The position numbers and the translations under genes are program-made. A stretch of 64,000 nt of DNA from a virus. The notes beneath the pieces are model-generated. The model was not told the DNA's origin and searched no databases. It saw only the letters and a program-made list of their open reading frames with translations. Location: IMG/VR virus record IMGVR_UViG_3300030110_003594, positions 55,869-119,868 of that record. The stretch is one strand, 5' to 3'. Below, piece after piece: positions 57,632-64,000 of this stretch (its first letter is position 1; every line of letters begins with the position of its first letter).

Positions 57632-58686
57632 TGGCAAGCAAATCAATATTTCAAAAATTTAATGATGATGCTATTGCACATTTTGGTATTAGTTGTGATC
57701 CCTATGGGATCATGACTAGTGCTACAAATGGTACAATAGAAACAGTATATTTAGATGAGTCTGACGGTATATATAATAAAATTGAAGATATACTTGAAAG
57801 CTCAAAAACTAAAAATCTATCTTCTTATAAAAAGGCATATTTATTACCTAATTGTAGAGTTTCTGCTGACAGAGTAAAATCTGCATTAAAAGAGCATGGA
57901 GTTGTATTAACCGGTGATTATATGAAAGCTGAAATTTATATAACACATGATTTTATATCTACTCGTAATGAAAATAGTGAAAATATAAGTACTAGATTTT
58001 TATTATGTCAGCTATGGAATTATGAGGCCTTAGAAGATGGTTGTAATTCTATAAATAAATATTGTGAAGACAATATGAGAAACGGTGAAAGAGCTAGAGT
58101 TATCTATGATCCTAAATGTGAAGGTTGGGTTAGTAGATATAATACAGATTTTCATGCAATGCCTTATGAAGGATGGATGATGACCGGTATGGCTGTTAAT
58201 ATTGCACATAGGATTGATACAGGTGAAGCAACTACAATGGATGTTGATGCTGTATTACATAGTAGTGCAAACAAGGTTGAAATTACAAAAGAACTCATAG
58301 AACAATTATCAAATATGATGAATACTTATGATGATGAAAATCTTGAAATGGCAGGAAAAATATTACCAACAATTGATTATACTAAGAAAAAACATTTAAT
58401 GTGGAAACTTGGTCAAGAAATTGGATCTAATATTTATAGAATAAGTCGTAATAAAGATGTGGACTATTGGAAAAAAATTTCTAAAGTAGAAGACTATTAT
58501 CATAAAAGTGCATTAGATATGATCAAGTTTTTAGAACAACGTGATCAATTAGATAAAGAAGCTTTTAAGTATTTAGAACCTACTGTTAGAAAAGAAATAA
58601 GAATAGAAAACAGAGATCTTTATGTATTTAAAGTAGAAGTTAAACCAGAATATAAAAAATATTTAAAAAATGAAAACACTGATTAG
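57631..58686 (+). CDS. Hypothetical protein with BRCT-like segment
   Basis: YLLPNCRVSADRV...LTGDYMKAEIYI. Paralogous to the next gene. Confidence 0.6.
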   Translation: MASKSIFQKFNDDAIAHFGISCDPYGIMTSATNGTIETVYLDESDGIYNKIEDILESSKTKNLSSYKKAYLLPNCRVSADRVKSALKEHGVVLTGDYMKAEIYITHDFISTRNENSENISTRFLLCQLWNYEALEDGCNSINKYCEDNMRNGERARVIYDPKCEGWVSRYNTDFHAMPYEGWMMTGMAVNIAHRIDTGEATTMDVDAVLHSSANKVEITKELIEQLSNMMNTYDDENLEMAGKILPTIDYTKKKHLMWKLGQEIGSNIYRISRNKDVDYWKKISKVEDYYHKSALDMIKFLEQRDQLDKEAFKYLEPTVRKEIRIENRDLYVFKVEVKPEYKKYLKNENTD

Positions 58687-59923
58687 TATAGAATATGATT
58701 ATTTAGACAATGAAATTACAAATCCATCTCTTTCAGATGATTATTTTTCTTTTAAAAAAGCCGGTATATTTGCATATAGCGGAGATTGGAATACACAACA
58801 AATTGAAACAGACAATGTAATTGAAAAAGTATTAAATAATAAATTTGATAAAAACTATTTTACTAATAATGTAAATAGTTTATATAGATTACCAAATCTT
58901 ACATTATCTAGAGATAAAGTTGCAAACTTTAAAGATGAATGTAATTTTAAAGTAACTAGAGATAAAAATAAGGCTGATATTTGTGTAATTGGTAAAAAAA
59001 CTATTACAAAATTAACTGAAAGTACTTATAGAAATCCTATAACACTTAATGAACTTAAAAGGAACGCAGAAAATTTAATTCATAAACATAAGTTAAGACA
59101 AAATGAAATAGATGTTCTTAAAAATCTTATTTTTAATATAAGAAATGAATTTGGTGAAGATGTAATAATTCATAGATTTTCAAACAATTATTGGTATAAC
59201 CATGATTGTGTTGATCCATATACAAAAAAGATAAATAATACTTTAGAACATCTATTTGAATATGATTCATCATCTAATCATAGATCTAGAAATCATCATT
59301 ATACTTATTATGTAAAAAATGAAAATATAGAATTATATAAATGGTTATATGATAATACTGATAAAATGATTTTAGATACTGAACTTAATAAACTTTGTGT
59401 TGAGGATTCAGTAGTTTTATCTAAAGATGAATTTGAAAGATTAACTGATTTAGTTAGATCAACAGATGAAGAGAATGTTAATATAGGACTTACATTAATG
59501 GCTAATTGTAATGTAGAAGAATCTAAAACTTATTTATCATTATTATTTGCTTTTAATTCAGATAATATGAAAGGTAGAAAAGTTTGGAATCATGTTAATT
59601 TCAAATATCTTAGAACTTTATTTAATAAATATATTAATATGAGTTTATCAAATTGGGGTCATGCATATGATAATTTAATAAAATGTATGGTTGAAGACAA
59701 ATGTTTAACATTATGGTCATCTAGATATATTGCAACTAGAATGTTTACAAATGTATTGGAAAATAATTTTGGAATTAAACAAAATGATACAGTATTTACA
59801 ATATCTGTTAATGATCTAAAGTTAAAACCTGAATTTGAAGAACAATTAGTAGGAGAACATGATGATAAATTAAGTGAATTAATAACAGCTGGAGTAAGCC
59901 ATAATGATGATTTACCTTTTTAG
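58670..59923 (+). CDS. Hypothetical protein with BRCT-like segment and SSB-like DDLPF tail
   Basis: YRLPNLTLSRDKV...VTRDKNKADICV. Ends NDDLPF. Confidence 0.6.
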   Translation: MKTLISIEYDYLDNEITNPSLSDDYFSFKKAGIFAYSGDWNTQQIETDNVIEKVLNNKFDKNYFTNNVNSLYRLPNLTLSRDKVANFKDECNFKVTRDKNKADICVIGKKTITKLTESTYRNPITLNELKRNAENLIHKHKLRQNEIDVLKNLIFNIRNEFGEDVIIHRFSNNYWYNHDCVDPYTKKINNTLEHLFEYDSSSNHRSRNHHYTYYVKNENIELYKWLYDNTDKMILDTELNKLCVEDSVVLSKDEFERLTDLVRSTDEENVNIGLTLMANCNVEESKTYLSLLFAFNSDNMKGRKVWNHVNFKYLRTLFNKYINMSLSNWGHAYDNLIKCMVEDKCLTLWSSRYIATRMFTNVLENNFGIKQNDTVFTISVNDLKLKPEFEEQLVGEHDDKLSELITAGVSHNDDLPF

Positions 59924-60014
59924 GTAAATAACCAGCTTTGTGTGTGGAAAGTACGGGTAAGGTTAAAATATCTTGTGGAAGCCCGTGCTTCCTTCACACT
60001 TTAAAATTAAAAAA

Positions 60015-60995
60015 ATGAAAAAAGACCCAATAAAAGAAGAAGAATTTTATAACAAGGAGTTTAGCTTTAGTTACTCCTCTATAAATAAGATGCTTTTTTC
60101 ACCAAAACTTTTTTATAAAGATTATATTCTTAAAGAAAGGGAACTCAAGACTGATAAACATTTAATTGAAGGTAAATTACTTCATTTAATGTTATTACAG
60201 CCTGAAAAGCTCCATGATGAATTTAGTATCGTACCTAGTAAGATACCATCAGATAATGTTCGTAAAGTCTTAAATGATCTTAAAAACTATGGTAAAGAAA
60301 ATTTAGAAGACCTTGAACCAGAAATTATGACTACATTAAAAAATCATAATTTATATCAATCTTTTAAAGATGATAGTAAGAGACTTTCTAAAATTCAAAC
60401 ACCTGAAAATGAAGAATATTTCAAATTCTTACTTGAAAGTGGTAAAGATATTATAGATAATGATATGTTAGCTAAAGCTACTGAAAGAGTTGAGTTATTA
60501 AAACAAAACAAAGATGTAGCATCTTTAATGGAGGAGCAGGTAACAGATTTTGAAATGGATCCTGTTGAAATATATAATGAAAAATATCTTGAATGTAAAC
60601 TTAATGATTATAGATTTGGTTTAAAAGGATATATAGATAGATATATAATTGATCATGAGTCAAAAGAAATAACTATCATAGATTTTAAAACAACATCTAA
60701 AGGTATTGAAAAGTTTGCAGAAACTGTAGATTATTATAATTATTGGATGCAGGCATGTATATATATTATACTTGTTATGAAAAATGTTGATGAAAAAGTT
60801 GAAAATTACAAAATTAATTTTAAATTTGTCACCATAGATAATTATGATCAAATTTATATCTTTGATACATTAGAAGAAACTAGAACAAAATGGTCTATAG
60901 GATTTAAAGACATTCTAGATAAAGTTAATTATCATTGGAAAGAAAGAGATTATAGTTTACCATATGAATTCGCAAAAGGTAATGTAATTTTATAG
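60015..60995 (+). CDS. PD-(D/E)XK exonuclease (RecE/ExoVIII-like)
   Basis: SYSSI, GKLLH, KGYIDR, IDFKT and YWMQACIY. Likely start MKKDP. Confidence 0.85.
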   Translation: MKKDPIKEEEFYNKEFSFSYSSINKMLFSPKLFYKDYILKERELKTDKHLIEGKLLHLMLLQPEKLHDEFSIVPSKIPSDNVRKVLNDLKNYGKENLEDLEPEIMTTLKNHNLYQSFKDDSKRLSKIQTPENEEYFKFLLESGKDIIDNDMLAKATERVELLKQNKDVASLMEEQVTDFEMDPVEIYNEKYLECKLNDYRFGLKGYIDRYIIDHESKEITIIDFKTTSKGIEKFAETVDYYNYWMQACIYIILVMKNVDEKVENYKINFKFVTIDNYDQIYIFDTLEETRTKWSIGFKDILDKVNYHWKERDYSLPYEFAKGNVIL

Positions 60996-61552
60996 TGGAA
61001 AAAATATATAGAGAATATTTTCAAAAAAGTAAAGTGTTTCTTTATCCATTATTAGGAATAAAGAAAGGAGTGAGATTTGTCCCTGTTCAAACATATGTAT
61101 CATGGAATGATATATATCCAATGGATAAGGACAAATTACTTTGCTTTTATACAGTAGATCCTAAATGGAAAAAAGAATTTAAATTGTTTTCAGAATTATT
61201 TCTAGAAACAAATATTCTTTTTGAAGAAATGCATACTATTGAAAAAAATAATTTCTTATATATATTTGACATAAGTCCTTATAAGACAGATTTAAAAAAA
61301 TTTAGAAAAGGTAAATATTCAAAATTCAGAAAAAAAACAAAGGAACAAATAATGGCATTCTTTGGAGAAACTGGTAAAATATCAGAATACATAGAAAGCT
61401 ATTTATATCCTGAATTTTATTATGAAGATTATGCTGAAATATTAAATGTAAATGAAAAAGATTTAATGTCAGTAGGAGAATTATGTAGTTTACCTGATTT
61501 AGAAAAAGAAGATTTTAAAAAAGATTTAGCAATTGTAAAAGAATTAAAATAA
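60995..61552 (+). CDS. Hypothetical protein
   Basis: 185 aa, GTG start overlapping TAG. GKYSK motif. Confidence 0.65.
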   Translation: MEKIYREYFQKSKVFLYPLLGIKKGVRFVPVQTYVSWNDIYPMDKDKLLCFYTVDPKWKKEFKLFSELFLETNILFEEMHTIEKNNFLYIFDISPYKTDLKKFRKGKYSKFRKKTKEQIMAFFGETGKISEYIESYLYPEFYYEDYAEILNVNEKDLMSVGELCSLPDLEKEDFKKDLAIVKELK

Positions 61553-61557
61553 TTTTT

Positions 61558-61565
61558 TATATTTG
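61558..61565 (+). promoter_or_regulatory. Bacteroidota -7 box TATATTTG
   Basis: TAnnTTTG ending 24 nt before ATG 61589. Confidence 0.6.
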
Positions 61566-61588
61566 TAAATTAATTAAATAAAACTGAT

Positions 61589-62038
61589 ATGGCAAAAAAA
61601 ATGAAAAAGCATGTAGAGGAAAACCCAAAGACTATGATGTTAATCAAAAGTGCATTTGGCTCTATGAAAAGTTTTAAATTAATACCTATAAGTAATGATT
61701 GTCCTTATGTTGAGTGTTTATTTTCACCTGAACAAAAAATGATGGTTGTTATAGGAAAATTTATGAAACAAAGTTATCATATGGTACAAAGAATAGATGA
61801 TAATGGAGACCCATTACCTGTTAAAGGTAAACCAAGACCAAACGGTAAAGACGTTAGAGAAGAAAGAAGATTGGTTGACACTTGTTCAGAACACTATGTA
61901 GTTACTGAAGAAGAAATAAGAGAAATGATTCAAATGTTTGCTGTTAATCCAGATGCATTTGATTTAGATGAATTCTTTTTAGTGGAAAGTGAATTAGTAG
62001 GTTCTACAAATACTCCACCTATCTTAGAAAAAGTATAA
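61589..62038 (+). CDS. Hypothetical protein
   Basis: 149 aa with its own promoter and terminator. Confidence 0.7.
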   Translation: MAKKMKKHVEENPKTMMLIKSAFGSMKSFKLIPISNDCPYVECLFSPEQKMMVVIGKFMKQSYHMVQRIDDNGDPLPVKGKPRPNGKDVREERRLVDTCSEHYVVTEEEIREMIQMFAVNPDAFDLDEFFLVESELVGSTNTPPILEKV

Positions 62039-62058
62039 ATATTAACCCTTCTAAAATT

Positions 62059-62086
62059 AAAGGGAGCTTCTGGCTCCCTTTTTTTT
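62059..62086 (+). terminator. Intrinsic terminator
   Basis: AAGGGAGC-TTCTG-GCTCCCTT plus a T-tract. Confidence 0.85.
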
Positions 62087-62104
62087 GGATCAAACTGACA
62101 TGAC

Positions 62105-64000
62105 ATGAATCATTGGATAATGGATTATGAAACTTTGTCAAATTGTTTTGTAGCTGTATTCAAACATTACAAAACAGATGAGACACATATATTTTCTGTA
62201 TGTTCATTACAGAATGATTATGAAAAATTTTCAGAATTCCTAAAACAAAATGTTGAAAATAATGAATGGCACATATCCTATAATGGATTAGCATTTGATG
62301 CTCAAATAACTCATAATATAATAAAAGATCATGAGAATCTAATGTTAATGGACGGAGAAAGTGCAGCAGAAGAAATATATAGTTATGCTCAAGAAGCAAT
62401 TAAAAGATCTAGCAATAAAGAATTTCAAACTTTTGCTGAATGGCATATGACTATTAAACAAATAGATGTTTTTAAACTTAATCATTGGGATAATATGGCT
62501 AAGTTATCTAGTTTAAAGTGGATACAATATAGTATGGATTGGGAAAATATTATTGATATGCCTCTAGAACATACTACAAAAATAGATAAACAAGAACAGT
62601 TAGATTTAATTATTAAATATTGTATTAATGATGTTGAGTCAACAAAAGAAATTTTTGAAAGATCAAAACCATTAATAGCTTTAAGAAAAAACTTAACAAA
62701 TCAATATAATATAAATCTTTATAATGCATCTGAACCAAGGATTAGTAAAGAGTTATTTGCTTATTACTTAAGTAAAGAACTAAGTATACCTAAATATGAT
62801 CTTAAAAAATTAAGAACTTTTAGAAATGTTATTAAGATTAAAGATCTTATACTTGATTATATTAAGTTTGAGACACCTGAATTTAATAATTTACTTGAAA
62901 AATTTAAAACAGTAGAAATTAATCCTAATCAAACAAAAGGTGGATTTAAATATAATGTGAAGTATAAAGGAGTGAAAACACACTTTGGATTAGGCGGTGC
63001 TCACGGAGCAATGCAGCCAGGAGTGTATGAGTCTGATAATGAGAACGTTATAATGTCTTCAGATGTTGCCAGTTTTTATCCTAACTTAGCAATTATGAAT
63101 AAAATTTCACCTGCACATTTAGATAAGAAAGCATTCTGTCATCTATATGAATGGTTTTTCACAGAAAGAAAAAAGATTCCTAAAAGTGATCCTATGAATT
63201 ATGTATATAAGATTATTCTTAATAGTACGTATGGTCTTTCTAATGATAAAAACTCATTTTTATATGATCCTCAGTTTACTATGTTCATTACAGTTAATGG
63301 ACAGCTTACTTTGATGATGCTATATGAAATGATTATGGAAGCAATTCCTGAAGCAACACCTTTGTTACAAAATACAGATGGTGTTGAGACAATTATACCT
63401 AGATCTAAAATTGATTTATATATGGAAGTATGTAAGAAATGGGAAGAAATAACTAATCTTGTTCTTGAACATGATCAATATAAAAAATTAATATTAGCAG
63501 ATGTAAACAACTATATAGCAATTGATAATAATGGTAAAGCAAAATGTAAGGGACGTTTTGAATTTGAAAACTTGGCCCTTCATAAGAATAAGTCTAAACT
63601 TATTATACCAAAAGCTATATACGCCTACTTTGTTGATGGTACTTTACCAGAAGATACACTTAAAAATAATAATAATATACTTGATTATTGTATAGGTGGT
63701 AAATCTAAAGGTAACTGGAAACAAGTTGCTAGGTATATAAAAGATGGCAAAGGTCATGAAGATGAACTCCAAAAAATAAATAGATATTTTATTTCAAATA
63801 ATGGTGTTAAGATAATTAAAGTTAATAAAAATGATAACCGGGAAATACAGTTAGAATCAGGTAGATGGATGCAAACAATCTATAATGATACTAAAGTAAA
63901 AAAATGGGGATCATATGATATTAATGAAAAATATTATCTTGATGCAATAGAGAAAGAAATCAATAATATTATAGGAATTAAGTCTAATCAACTATTGCTA
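62105..64000 (+). CDS. Family B DNA polymerase, truncated by window edge
   Basis: Translated by hand: exonuclease MDYE, SYNGLAFD, YCINDV; polymerase SSDVASFYPN, KIILNSTYG, QNTDG. Confidence 0.92.
   Translation, partial: MNHWIMDYETLSNCFVAVFKHYKTDETHIFSVCSLQNDYEKFSEFLKQNVENNEWHISYNGLAFDAQITHNIIKDHENLMLMDGESAAEEIYSYAQEAIKRSSNKEFQTFAEWHMTIKQIDVFKLNHWDNMAKLSSLKWIQYSMDWENIIDMPLEHTTKIDKQEQLDLIIKYCINDVESTKEIFERSKPLIALRKNLTNQYNINLYNASEPRISKELFAYYLSKELSIPKYDLKKLRTFRNVIKIKDLILDYIKFETPEFNNLLEKFKTVEINPNQTKGGFKYNVKYKGVKTHFGLGGAHGAMQPGVYESDNENVIMSSDVASFYPNLAIMNKISPAHLDKKAFCHLYEWFFTERKKIPKSDPMNYVYKIILNSTYGLSNDKNSFLYDPQFTMFITVNGQLTLMMLYEMIMEAIPEATPLLQNTDGVETIIPRSKIDLYMEVCKKWEEITNLVLEHDQYKKLILADVNNYIAIDNNGKAKCKGRFEFENLALHKNKSKLIIPKAIYAYFVDGTLPEDTLKNNNNILDYCIGGKSKGNWKQVARYIKDGKGHEDELQKINRYFISNNGVKIIKVNKNDNREIQLESGRWMQTIYNDTKVKKWGSYDINEKYYLDAIEKEINNIIGIKSNQLLL

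Noticed and set aside
52680-59999. tRNA genes in the GC-rich intergenic stems
   Set aside because: Too short, with no cloverleaf, no TTCRA T-loop and no CCA.
1-64000. Stop-codon reassignment as in some crAss-like phages
   Set aside because: Long genes are intact in the standard code. TAG ends genes at 59923 and 60995, and TGA is used in many ATGA overlaps.

Overview
AT-rich phage DNA whose gene order matches crAss-like (Crassvirales-type) podoviruses of Bacteroidota, probably an aquatic Flavobacteriia phage (inferred from TAnnTTTG promoters, PhoH and small basic ORFs). It uses the standard genetic code. The minus strand (1-38715) is the late block, in transcription order: small basic ORFs, PhoH, lysis genes, GroES, TerL, portal, scaffold, major capsid protein, ring/hub/fibre proteins, a 2644-aa muzzle-like protein and a truncated cargo-like protein. 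The plus strand (38925-64000) holds small early ORFs, then replication genes (SF2 helicase, DnaB, Sak4-like ATPase, SSB, primase, resolvase, exonuclease, family B polymerase), plus an HEXXH-vWA / MoxR-like AAA+ module. Most notable: (1) about 2.3 kb right of the strand switch is almost free of GpC dinucleotides, so its proteins are nearly alanine-free, and it contains a dense hairpin array, suggesting a specially constrained first-injected leader. (2) A seven-gene AAA/vWA-peptidase operon includes three proteins that share a helical motif. (3) Two Cys-rich/vWA cassettes are inserted in the muzzle protein. (4) Two non-host regulatory motifs recur. All family names come from motif recognition by eye, and all counts were done by hand.
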